Shown here: piece by piece, positions 1 through 8,567 of the stretch
Numbering within the stretch: position 1 is the stretch's first letter
Layout of the letters: the number at the start of each line of letters is the position of its first letter
Source: Acidobacteriota bacterium
Lineage (GTDB): Bacteria > Acidobacteriota > Thermoanaerobaculia > Multivoradales > UBA5704
DNA length: 64,000 nt
Reading direction: 5' to 3'
NCBI GenBank assembly: GCA_040005235.1
Contig: JBDTZG010000010.1
Coordinates: forward strand, 58,292-122,291
Made by a program: the position numbers and the translations under genes
The notes under the pieces: model-generated
The model's input: the letters and a program-made list of their open reading frames with translations, nothing else
Databases searched by the model: none
What the model was told of the DNA's origin: nothing

Positions 1-2
1 TC

Positions 3-272
3 GATGCGAAGCTCACTGCCCCACTAGCCGCCTTTCGCAGATGGGCAGGCGAAAAGCCGTTGGAGCGCTTGGCCGATTTGGCCCTACTCTGTGCGCGTGA
101 CGGGATGCTAGTAGACGGTTGCGCAAAGCGACCGGAGCGGCACGTTTCGCTCTCCACGATCCGTCGGGATCTTCTCCGACTCGAAAAATCACTTACTCCA
201 GAACAAGAAGCGGAAATCGAATCCTGCTATCACGAGCTGCGAGGCAGAAGGTTGCTATTATCTTCGGTATGA
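3..272 (+). CDS. 3' end of a gene starting before the window; ends in a DeoR-like HTH recognition-helix motif
   Basis: Frame is open from position 3 to TGA at 270-272; contains VSLSTIRRDLLRLE (DeoR-type VSxxTIRRDLxxLE). Confidence 0.55.
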   Translation, partial: DAKLTAPLAAFRRWAGEKPLERLADLALLCARDGMLVDGCAKRPERHVSLSTIRRDLLRLEKSLTPEQEAEIESCYHELRGRRLLLSSV

Positions 273-690
273 ATAGACTAACCGATACACATGCAAGCAG
301 CAGAACCCTTGGACGATTTCGTCATCACCTTCGCACCCGACGCAACGCCCGAAGAGGAAGAGCGCTTCCTCACCGAACTTGCGCATGCAATTATAGCGGT
401 CGCAAAGCACCTCGTTGATCAAGAAGATCTCGTAGCGGCTGAACAAGCAGGAGAAACTTCTGATTCAGAACACACCCTGTGACCACCCGAAGGGGGTGAT
501 GTGTGCCACAGTGGTACTAAGTCCTGTCTTGTGCGCGTGATGGGGTGTTAGTAGACGGTTGCACAAAGCAACCGGAGCGGCACATTTCCCTCTCTACCAT
601 GCGTCGCGATCTAATTCGGCTTGAAAAGTCGCTCGATCCAGAACTAGCTGCCGATATCGAGTCCTGCTATCACGAACTGCGCGGCAGAGG
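89..690 (+). repeat. Diverged ~160 bp direct repeat (copies at ~89-250 and ~529-690)
   Basis: TGTGCGCGTGA(C/T)GGG(A/G)TG(C/T)TAGTAGACGGTTGC...TCCTGCTATCACGA(G/A)CTGCG.GGCAGA occurs twice, offset 440 bp, with no indels. Confidence 0.9.
291..482 (+). CDS. Small acidic hypothetical protein (63 aa)
   Basis: ATG-started ORF with a plausible helical, acidic sequence, lying between the two repeat copies. Confidence 0.5.
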   Translation: MQAAEPLDDFVITFAPDATPEEEERFLTELAHAIIAVAKHLVDQEDLVAAEQAGETSDSEHTL

Positions 691-706
691 CACATTTGCG
701 ACCTAA
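545..706 (+). CDS. Small paralogous HTH-motif fragment/ORF (second repeat copy)
   Basis: GTG 545 to TAA 704-706: LVDGCTKQPERHISLSTMRRDLIRLEKSLDPELAADIESCYHELRGRGTFAT, colinear with the C-terminus of ORF 3..272. Confidence 0.4.
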   Translation: MLVDGCTKQPERHISLSTMRRDLIRLEKSLDPELAADIESCYHELRGRGTFAT

Positions 707-712
707 CTACAA

Positions 713-1534
713 TTAACTTTGGCCTCTAGTCGAAATTCGCCTACACCACCCTGCTACATCTTCGGGCACCGCGAGAACGAGGCGGTGTCCATGCATCTGT
801 GCGAACTGAGAAGCCGAAGGTAAAAAGCGAGAGGTGGTTACAAAGAGTCCGCGGCTTGCTTGTTGGTGCTCGACCACTCCGTAGAGAGCAGCGACAGCTT
901 CGAGCTTAACAGGGTATTGCGGGTCGTATCGTTTCGCCTGCACCAAAGTGACAAGCTCGCCGATCGAATCCTTCTGGACGAGACGAATATCGACTCCGGC
1001 ATCCCCGCTGCCTGGACCGAGTTCCGTGTGAGACCCCTGATTCCGAAAGATAGCGTCGAGAAGATATTCAAACTTTCGCCACTCTAGTTGATGGAGTTCA
1101 TTAGGATGTAGCCCAAAATATTCAATTAGCTCATCATTTACCGTCTTAAAGTCTGGCGTTACGACATGGCATACATGCGCAAACCTGGAATTTGCATAAA
1201 GAAGCTCAAAATGCCTCAATTCATTAAGTTTCTCACGCGATCTCCGCAGCCTATCTTGCCGAAGACCGTTTGGATATTGCTGATAGGTTTCAATGTCGTC
1301 GATGGCGTGATAGTTAGCGAAATCCGTGCCATCATTGACAAAAACTGCCCGATATTCGGCGAGCTGCTCATCTATTCGCTCTTCTTCTCCTTTAGCTCTC
1401 CCTTCTTCTTCAACAATGCGAGCCATTTCGGATTGCAGAAATCTTTCAAATCCGTTGTGCGGTAAGACCGCGAGCAGTTGCTCTATCGTTATCGTCTCGT
1501 CCTCCAAGAACCTATGAAACAGTTCTAGATTCAT
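713..1534 (-). CDS. Mrr-like restriction endonuclease (Mrr_cat C-terminal domain)
   Basis: WRKFEYLL...GSGDAGVDI...VQAKRY...V.ALYG...GLFVTTSRF is the Mrr catalytic-domain signature (D...QxK). Confidence 0.85.
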   Translation of the reverse strand: MNLELFHRFLEDETITIEQLLAVLPHNGFERFLQSEMARIVEEEGRAKGEEERIDEQLAEYRAVFVNDGTDFANYHAIDDIETYQQYPNGLRQDRLRRSREKLNELRHFELLYANSRFAHVCHVVTPDFKTVNDELIEYFGLHPNELHQLEWRKFEYLLDAIFRNQGSHTELGPGSGDAGVDIRLVQKDSIGELVTLVQAKRYDPQYPVKLEAVAALYGVVEHQQASRGLFVTTSRFLPSASQFAQMHGHRLVLAVPEDVAGWCRRISTRGQS

Positions 1535-2064
1535 TAAGCGTTATCTCAAAACTGAGAATTGTTTTGATTGACCGCTGTCTTTGTAGAAGAGGTGTCCACC
1601 AAATGATCCACATTCTTCCTGTAGCGCACAGGGTAGTGTGTTCTCGTGTCTAGCCAGCGGCGTCTGATGAGCGGCAGAGAATACTGGAGAAAATATAGCG
1701 GCACATCGTACATGGCGCAAGTTCTTTCTACGCCCACTCATTACGACATGGCAAAGAATGCATCCAGCGATCAGCGGCAAATGAAGAGAGTCTCAACGTA
1801 GATCTAACGGCAAAATCTCCTGAAATGGCTGCCGGGGAGAACCGACGTTTACCCCGCCGGTCCTTGGCGCTCCACTTACGTTCCGCAATTTCGTCACATT
1901 TCGGGCTCTCAAAGGCCGCAAACAAGGCGTAACTCGGTCGGTTTGTTGCGACTATCAAGAACATCCGTCCACTGAGGGCATCCCGGCCGCACTGTAGAGC
2001 CACAGGCGGCCCCTCATCCTGGGAGTCAGGAAGCGAGCGGAAGCCGTCTCGAAAGGTGTTCGGG

Positions 2065-2337
2065 ATGGTCCGTCGAACTGTCGTCCTTGTTGCGTCCTTC
2101 CTTCTGGTGGCCTCAGCGGCGCTTGCAGCAGGCGCCTCCCGCGAGTCTCGATCTCTCTGGGAATCGTTTTCGACAAGATCTTTCCTGGAATCAGTCCGTG
2201 TCGCGCTCAGCGGTCTCCTTCACGATCCGATCGGTCTCTTTGCGAACAATGGCAGCGAGACCGATCCAAACGGCAAGCCTCTCGCGTCGCCGCCGGCAGG
2301 AGTTGGAAACGGCGGCACATCTCCTCAGGCCCAGTGA
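2065..2337 (+). CDS. Small secreted peptide with an ANNGxxxDPNGKP motif
   Basis: RBS-like AAAGGTG, then ATG 2065. Signal peptide MVRRTVVLVASFLLVASAALA. The motif is shared with 61437..61793. Confidence 0.75.
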   Translation: MVRRTVVLVASFLLVASAALAAGASRESRSLWESFSTRSFLESVRVALSGLLHDPIGLFANNGSETDPNGKPLASPPAGVGNGGTSPQAQ

Positions 2338-2352
2338 TTGATGTCTGTGCTC

Positions 2353-2387
2353 GGCGGAGGCCAAATTATCGGCCTCCGCCTCTTTTT
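2353..2387 (+). terminator. Rho-independent terminator after the peptide gene
   Basis: GGCGGAGGCC-AAATTATC-GGCCTCCGCC followed by TCTTTTT. Confidence 0.8.
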
Positions 2388-2459
2388 GTCCCGGATGACC
2401 CCTTGAAGCTCACCTCCAAGAGTAAGACACTACAGCTCTAGCGCGAAAGGACACAGGGG

Positions 2460-3824
2460 ATGAATGATCTGCATCTGAGTCGGGAGCTTCTTCGTGCCAT
2501 CGCGGCCGGCGACCTTCCCCCTCGCACACTTCTCGACATGGCCCTCCCACACCTGTTCGAGCTTTGCCCGCACTGTGCCTCGGAGTGGGATTCGTATCAG
2601 CGCGAGATGCGGACGCGCCCGGGAAGTTACGCGGGCGCCTTCGCGATTCTTCCAGCCCTCCTCGAACGGGAACTTCCCAAGGCACAGGCAGAGGAACACC
2701 AAGCCCGCAAGGATCTCCAAGTCCTCTTGGGCCTCCCCGAGGACCAGCGTATTTCGCGTGTTCGTCGCTCCTATCGACGCTTCCGGACACCGACTCTGGC
2801 CCAACTCCTTGTTATCGAATGCAGGAAGCGGTTGAGTTCCGTTCCCCGCGAGGCCTACCATTTAGCGGATCTCGCTCGCGAGGTCACAAACCAGGTTCCC
2901 GAGTCACCGATCGCCCGCGAGCTGCGGGCGCTTTCGTTTGGCGAGATGGCAAACGCCATCCGGGCCGTCGGTGATCTCCCACAAAGCGACCGCATCTTCG
3001 GCCAGGCTCGCTACTTCACCGTGGTTGGCGGGGTAACCGATCCAGAGATCCTGGCACGGCTCGACTCATTGGAAGGCTCACTGCGACTCGACCAGGGCCG
3101 CTACCGTGATGCCGAAGAGATCCTCGGCAGGGCGCGGCTTCACTACGAGCTCATAGGCGACCGTCCTGCGGTCGGGCGAGTGCTCATGCAGCTCGCGACG
3201 GTGTACCGCCGCAGTGGAGAGACTTCACGCGCAGTGCGGCTCGGGACAGAGGTCGTCGGATACTTCGACCCTGAGTCCGACCTTTGCCTCTATCTCGCCG
3301 CCCGGCGGAACCTCGCGGACTACCTTGGCGATTATGGGCGCGGGAGGGAGGCCCTCGCGATTCTCGACGAGGACGAGGTGCGGCATCGCTCCCTCGGAGA
3401 GCCCCTTCTCCAGATCCGCTACACCTGGATTCGCGGCAAGATCGCTATCGGTCAAGGAGAATTCGAGAGCGCGGCGCGCCTTCTTGCCGCGGCGCGCGAT
3501 GTCTTTCTTGGCTCCCAGAAGGAGTTTGACACCGTTTTGGTCTCACTTGATCTTGCCCAGGCCTATCTTGGTGCCGGACGCCTGGAGGAGACGAAGCGAA
3601 TCGCCTCGGAAATCGTGCCGCTCTTCGAGGCGAATGAGCTGCATCGCGAGGCATTGGCGGCCGTTCTCGTTTTTCGCGACGCCGCCGAGCGCGAGACGCT
3701 TACGGTCGATTTCCTGCGAGAGATGGGAACATTCCTCGAAGCCTCCCGGACAGATCATTCTCTGCGATTCGAGCCTGGCAAGCGTCTGAATCCACGGGGA
3801 CGGACACTTAGCAATGACGCCTGA
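2460..3824 (+). CDS. TPR-repeat protein with N-terminal zinc-finger (ZAS/zf-HC2-like H...HxxxxCxxC)
   Basis: N-terminus LHLS...HLFELCPHC followed by tandem TPR-like helical repeats (e.g. LEGSLRLDQGRYRDAEEILGRA). Confidence 0.8.
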   Translation: MNDLHLSRELLRAIAAGDLPPRTLLDMALPHLFELCPHCASEWDSYQREMRTRPGSYAGAFAILPALLERELPKAQAEEHQARKDLQVLLGLPEDQRISRVRRSYRRFRTPTLAQLLVIECRKRLSSVPREAYHLADLAREVTNQVPESPIARELRALSFGEMANAIRAVGDLPQSDRIFGQARYFTVVGGVTDPEILARLDSLEGSLRLDQGRYRDAEEILGRARLHYELIGDRPAVGRVLMQLATVYRRSGETSRAVRLGTEVVGYFDPESDLCLYLAARRNLADYLGDYGRGREALAILDEDEVRHRSLGEPLLQIRYTWIRGKIAIGQGEFESAARLLAAARDVFLGSQKEFDTVLVSLDLAQAYLGAGRLEETKRIASEIVPLFEANELHREALAAVLVFRDAAERETLTVDFLREMGTFLEASRTDHSLRFEPGKRLNPRGRTLSNDA

Positions 3825-3988
3825 GACCGATGGTTTTCGCACTATGCGCCGACGCCTCTTAACGCACAGCGAGACATGCACATATCTGAATTTGACGCGA
3901 TGCGCGTGAAGCGACAGACTTCTTGACGTTATGATGCTTTTGCCCATTTTCCAGTAATGCTTTTACTCAACACCAATAGGAGACATCA

Positions 3989-4723
3989 ATGCGCTACATT
4001 CTCGCTTTCTCAATACTCCTGATCGCCGCTTCCTCTCCACACGCGAGTGCCTTGGATATTAGAACGACACCATTGCCTTCTGTCACTGCTGCAACGGTCT
4101 CTACGCAGTTTGGCTACACCACAGCCCAAGCCAAAGGAATGTTGGACTTAACCCAGAAAGAACTCTGGTCTCTCGTACCACCGAATCCGACGGCATGGAC
4201 AACTTCCACTTACGCTCTGAGAACTCGAATGAATACGGCTCTTGGGACGCAGGGTTTCGACAGTCCACTTGCAAATGTAATCATCAATTCTTGCAAGGTT
4301 TATGCTCGCGATGCTCGTCACTGTGTCATATTTGCGTCGGCGGTCGCCTGTGCTGAAAGTAGCTGCGGTCAGACATATAGCACTTCTGCTTATGCAATTT
4401 TCGGCCTCAAAGATAGCAACAGCCAACCTATTAAATACTCGTCAAGGACGCATGCGGTCATTGATTGGGTGAAGAGGTATAATGTCAGCTGGTTCGTTGC
4501 TGACGAAGGTTATTTTTACGGATTCTGCAAAAAATACGGCTCGACCTTCCTTCCGCATTGCGACAACGTAGGCACAGACTATTATGCAAATTATTTTTAC
4601 TCGAACAAGAAGGGCCGGTATCCTGCGTCGAATTATTGCGGCTCTGAGAGCGGCTCCTCCACTCCTGGTTATTGTCCAAACGGATTCGCGAATTCCAAGG
4701 CGGCGTACTTGAAGGTCAAATGA
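3989..4723 (+). CDS. Secreted Cys-rich protein, possible GH73/glucosaminidase (lysozyme-like) domain
   Basis: AGGAGA RBS; signal peptide; AVACAESSCG...AIFGL...YSSRTHAVIDWV resembles the GH73 AxAxxESxxG...NxFG...(F/Y)xS pattern. Confidence 0.5.
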   Translation: MRYILAFSILLIAASSPHASALDIRTTPLPSVTAATVSTQFGYTTAQAKGMLDLTQKELWSLVPPNPTAWTTSTYALRTRMNTALGTQGFDSPLANVIINSCKVYARDARHCVIFASAVACAESSCGQTYSTSAYAIFGLKDSNSQPIKYSSRTHAVIDWVKRYNVSWFVADEGYFYGFCKKYGSTFLPHCDNVGTDYYANYFYSNKKGRYPASNYCGSESGSSTPGYCPNGFANSKAAYLKVK

Positions 4724-4964
4724 CCTCGATTTCCGATTCTAGAGTCCAGACGCAATCCGCGGATACCATGTGAACATGCTCTTCCACTCTCGAATGCCAC
4801 CGCTCCACATGTGGCCGGAGATCGCAGCAGACCGCCGTCATGGCAAGCAATGCACTCATGACGCGCTTCCTACGCGGCTATTCTGCGGGAACAGAGCTAT
4901 CTCAATTACGGAATTCGGGCCGCGGTGTGAGGAGCACCTCAGGCCGAGCTAGCAGCAAGCCGCC

Positions 4965-6119
4965 TCACAAAGCAATCCTGAGTTGGCTGGGTGAGGCTTC
5001 CAAGGTTCTTGAACCTCCCGGAGAAGGCTTCGCAGGAATGAAGGGGCGATCAATCCACTGTTTATAGGCAGCGATGTTACAGGTAAGGAGTGCGTCCACC
5101 AACCTGTTTGCTTCCGGGTCAACTCCTTCCCACTTAATCCGCCGCGACATCAACCGCGCCCTTTTCCTCTTGATAGAATTCATGAAGGGCCTCGAATCGC
5201 TTATCGTCCAATCGGTAAAGAGTCGAGAGATCTCTCCCCTGAATTGTGCAGCTCCAACAGCAACAAGGTGCAAAGGCCGCTTCAGAGCATCCTGAAGCCG
5301 TGCTAAGTGGTGCAGGGCATCGCGCCCTCGCGCCGGATTCGCGAGACCGGTCTGGAACTCTTTCGAGACCATCGTGATCTCTTCGTGAGTCTCCAAAAAT
5401 TCGAGCCAGTATTGCCAGTCTCGTAGAGTAACAGCCTGAAGATATGGAATGATTGGAATACCACGTGCACTCCATTCCCGAGCACAGACCAAGGAGCGCT
5501 TTCGGTTGTAGAGATGCTGGGGCCGAGGATGGCGTAACGAGAAGGAATAGTTTGGAACTATTGCTCCGCTAAAACCCATTTTCGCGAGTGAAGCAAAAAT
5601 CTCTTCGTTCCTGTCTCCCCAATAGCGCTCAATGACATCATCCAGACCAATACCTACCAACAACAGCTTTGCTGTTGGTCGCAGCTTGAACCGTTCTCGG
5701 ATTGCACTGCGAGACATCGCAATAGGAGTTGGTATGCCTCGGGGATGTTGAATCAAACCAGAGAGAGGTACGGCTGCCCAATCAGCGCGAAGAGACCTCG
5801 CGCGGCTTGATCCATGCTGGATTAGCGGGAGGTAGCGTGGAAGTGCTTCAGTTGGAACATTCAAAGGTCCAATATCGTCAAAATCAAAACCTCCAACCTC
5901 AATGAATGCGTCGTTCAAGACATCAGGCTTACCGAGGCAGATAAGATCACAATCAGCGGCACAGCCGTTGCATCGGCCCTCACACCATCCCCCACCAACT
6001 CGAGTATTCCCACCACAGAGATACAATAAGCCGCAGCCCTGACACCATAAGCTGACAGTGTCACCGTCCATGCGGTGAAGTTCGATGTTCTCGCTCAAGA
6101 CCTCTCGAGACCTTTTCAT
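4965..6119 (-). CDS. DUF4417-like protein with N-terminal Cys-rich (metal-binding) region
   Basis: N-terminal CxxC...C...CxxxCxxCxxxCxxxC cluster; core PNYSFSLRHPRPQHLYNRKRSL...GIPIIPYL resembles DUF4417. Confidence 0.6.
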   Translation of the reverse strand: MKRSREVLSENIELHRMDGDTVSLWCQGCGLLYLCGGNTRVGGGWCEGRCNGCAADCDLICLGKPDVLNDAFIEVGGFDFDDIGPLNVPTEALPRYLPLIQHGSSRARSLRADWAAVPLSGLIQHPRGIPTPIAMSRSAIRERFKLRPTAKLLLVGIGLDDVIERYWGDRNEEIFASLAKMGFSGAIVPNYSFSLRHPRPQHLYNRKRSLVCAREWSARGIPIIPYLQAVTLRDWQYWLEFLETHEEITMVSKEFQTGLANPARGRDALHHLARLQDALKRPLHLVAVGAAQFRGEISRLFTDWTISDSRPFMNSIKRKRARLMSRRIKWEGVDPEANRLVDALLTCNIAAYKQWIDRPFIPAKPSPGGSRTLEASPSQLRIAL

Positions 6120-6137
6120 TAATGATCAACCTTTCGC

Positions 6138-6503
6138 TTAATGCTTCTCGTATCGAGGATGGAATTTCAGTGCAACTATTCCTTCCTCTTGGAAAACCTC
6201 GGTTACTTCGGCCGATAGAGCTTTGCTCTGTCGCGCGCTCGCGGAAGCTTCACCGAATAGTTCGACCACCCGCGATTTTCCATACGACAACGTGAAACTG
6301 TCTTGCTCTCCTACTTGAGGAAAGTGCACGAGTCTTTGACCGGGCTTGACTGACTGGCCTGGCATGAGCAGACCAATCACGTCAGACGAAATACTCGGAG
6401 GTACGCCCGAAAAAAGGTCTGGTCCAGCGAGAAACCTCTGGAAGTCGCGATCGATGCAGCGACGGATCTGTCTGTGCTGACGCTCAAGAAACTCTTCACC
6501 CAT
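6138..6503 (-). CDS. Hypothetical protein, third gene of the operon
   Basis: GGAGGT RBS before ATG 6503; tightly packed between the STAS-wHTH and DUF4417-like genes. Confidence 0.7.
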   Translation of the reverse strand: MGEEFLERQHRQIRRCIDRDFQRFLAGPDLFSGVPPSISSDVIGLLMPGQSVKPGQRLVHFPQVGEQDSFTLSYGKSRVVELFGEASASARQSKALSAEVTEVFQEEGIVALKFHPRYEKH

Positions 6504-6505
6504 AG

Positions 6506-7114
6506 CTACCTCCATAAGGGGACGTAAACAAATTGACGTCCATACTTGTAGCGACTGAGAAGCCGCTGCTCATAGAGCAGAGCAAGCCGATTGCTCCACC
6601 CTGTCTGTTGAATTCGGGGATCTTGACGAAAAAGGTCGGTAGCAGTTGCCTGTTCTAGAGAAACAACCCGGTCGTACGTCTCGGTAGCGTCTCGGTCAAG
6701 CCCGAAAGGCCGAAACTTTTGCTGATCGGGTTCCCAGAAGAGGGTTCGATAACCGGTAGCCTTGAGGGCGAGCTCAATCTCGTCCCTTGACTCTGGGTTT
6801 ACGTCTGCGAGTACTGGAAAAAGCTCCTTCTCGCGCGCAACCCGAGAATTCCAGAGCCACTCAAACGCACCGAGGAAATAGGAGGAAGTGACGAGTTGCA
6901 CTCCTCCGAAGTCCAAAAGAATTGCAGCGTTCGAGGTTTCCCTACCGATCGCCTCATCCAGGGCGGGACGAGTGGCCTCACCCGCAAGTCGGCCGGCTAG
7001 GGTCGTACTCCCCCCTAGTGCCGCTACATCTACCCTGACCTGCGTCAGCATCACCATGAATCGTGACGATAGAAGAATCGGCAAGGACTTGTCAACCCCC
7101 CCCTTACGCTCCAT
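6506..7114 (-). CDS. STAS-like (DUF4325-type) domain fused to a C-terminal winged HTH (true start may be ~7057)
   Basis: ILLDFGGVQLVTSSYF is a STAS-like LDFxGV...S motif. C-terminal ATATDLF...WSNRLALLYEQRLL.R...GRQFVY looks like a wHTH. Confidence 0.65.
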   Translation of the reverse strand: MERKGGVDKSLPILLSSRFMVMLTQVRVDVAALGGSTTLAGRLAGEATRPALDEAIGRETSNAAILLDFGGVQLVTSSYFLGAFEWLWNSRVAREKELFPVLADVNPESRDEIELALKATGYRTLFWEPDQQKFRPFGLDRDATETYDRVVSLEQATATDLFRQDPRIQQTGWSNRLALLYEQRLLSRYKYGRQFVYVPLWR

Positions 7115-8018
7115 TGAATGGGCCTCCTAGTCGAACTCGAAAGCCATTGCTCCGAACTGGCAAGGCGCGAGCATGGATCGTTTGGTGGGTGGGGCTTACC
7201 CCCTCCCATGTCGCGACAGCCCCCCCTGAGCGGAAGCGAAGAACAGCCCGACGATCGACCAAGGACTTAAAGACGCGGGAGAACCCCATTCCCCGACCTG
7301 AAATTGGCAACCGAGACACACCGGGTTGGAGCGCCTGCTCCAGTGCTTCACCTTCAGTCCCAAGAGCCTTGTGGCGCGGGTTCTCTCTCAGGCTTGCGAG
7401 CACTCCCCTCCCAACATCTACAACACTGAGAGCCCACGTTCCTTGGCCAACCTCAAAACATGCAACAGGGCGCACAGGCGAAACTGCGTGCTCTGCCGCA
7501 TTCGACATCATCTCCTGAAGCGCCCCAGCAAGTGCACTCGCGAAACCTGACCCCACGCCTTGGCTGCGCAAGGCGGTGCGGAATTGCTCCTGAAACTGGG
7601 TCAGAATTCCACCTGGCTCCCAGTCCTTCGGTGATGTACCGAATTGTTTGATTCCTGGGCGAATAGGCCCTTGGGTATATGCCAAGCTTCGGGACTGATC
7701 TGGCTGGAGAAGCTCGCAGCCCGCAGCTAGTGCTCGCAAATTAGTGAGCGCAGGCCAACGCTCCAATTCCGGAAATGATGAAATAAGATCCTCTCCGCTA
7801 TCTCGCCATCTCGAGTAGCGAAGTGCGGAGAACTCCAACGCTGAAGAAAACCCCAAACCGACGAGATTTCCTCCCGTTGCAGTTCCCCTTTGTAGGGCAA
7901 TCTCAAACAGATCAATAGGATCGAAGGATTGAGACATTCTGGTCCGCTTTGGCTTTCGGTCCACTTCCCATTGAGCAGCTCCTTTCGGTGCCGAGAAAGG
8001 CAGGCGTAAGTCTATCAT
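7104..8018 (-). CDS. GHKL/HATPase_c ATP-binding protein (anti-sigma-kinase-like)
   Basis: N box EMMSNAAEHA, G1 VVDVGRGV, G2 GVSR...GRGMGF; no HisKA or sensor TM segment is evident. Confidence 0.8.
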   Translation of the reverse strand: MIDLRLPFSAPKGAAQWEVDRKPKRTRMSQSFDPIDLFEIALQRGTATGGNLVGLGFSSALEFSALRYSRWRDSGEDLISSFPELERWPALTNLRALAAGCELLQPDQSRSLAYTQGPIRPGIKQFGTSPKDWEPGGILTQFQEQFRTALRSQGVGSGFASALAGALQEMMSNAAEHAVSPVRPVACFEVGQGTWALSVVDVGRGVLASLRENPRHKALGTEGEALEQALQPGVSRLPISGRGMGFSRVFKSLVDRRAVLRFRSGGAVATWEGVSPTHQTIHARALPVRSNGFRVRLGGPFNGA

Positions 8019-8123
8019 GGAATCAGCAGTCTCGCGCGAAGAGTGCTAACAGATCTCACTGAACCGTAGGTCAAGCAATTGTCGGCAGGCAAAGAGCCCC
8101 AGGATCTCTCCTGGGGCTGGTCG

Positions 8124-8567
8124 CTACGCTTCCGCCTCCACGAACTCCCTCACCACCGTCAGCACGCGCCTGTTCGTAACCTCCTTTCCCGTCTCAAGAA
8201 GACTGATGGTGTCCTTCGGGACATCGAGCTGCCGAGCCAACTGATACTGCGTGAGCCCGAGGTTCCGGCGCTTCTCCCGCAGCCGCTCCGCGAATGTCAT
8301 AGCCCCCTGGAAGGGTTCGTACCCTAGAAACTCGATAATCCTCCCCAGGTACGAGGTCTTCGGCTCAGCTCTCCCGGTCTCCCAAGCGTTGACCGTGTTG
8401 GCCTCCACTCCAAAGATCTCGGCAACCTCAGCCTGAAGAAGCTTCAAGTCCAGCCGGCGCTTTCGGAGGTGGTCTCCAATGGACTGGAGTTCCTTCGGAT
8501 ACTCCGGCGGCAAGGGCTTGGGCACCGAGATCGTGAGGTGGCAAAAACCCAAAGCAGGTATCGCCAT
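8124..8567 (-). CDS. XRE-family regulator with two tandem HTH_3 domains
   Basis: IGDHLRKRRLDLKLLQAEVAEIFGVEANTVNAWETGRAEP and FAERLREKRRNLGLTQYQLARQLDVPKDTISLLETG. Confidence 0.9.
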   Translation of the reverse strand: MAIPALGFCHLTISVPKPLPPEYPKELQSIGDHLRKRRLDLKLLQAEVAEIFGVEANTVNAWETGRAEPKTSYLGRIIEFLGYEPFQGAMTFAERLREKRRNLGLTQYQLARQLDVPKDTISLLETGKEVTNRRVLTVVREFVEAEA

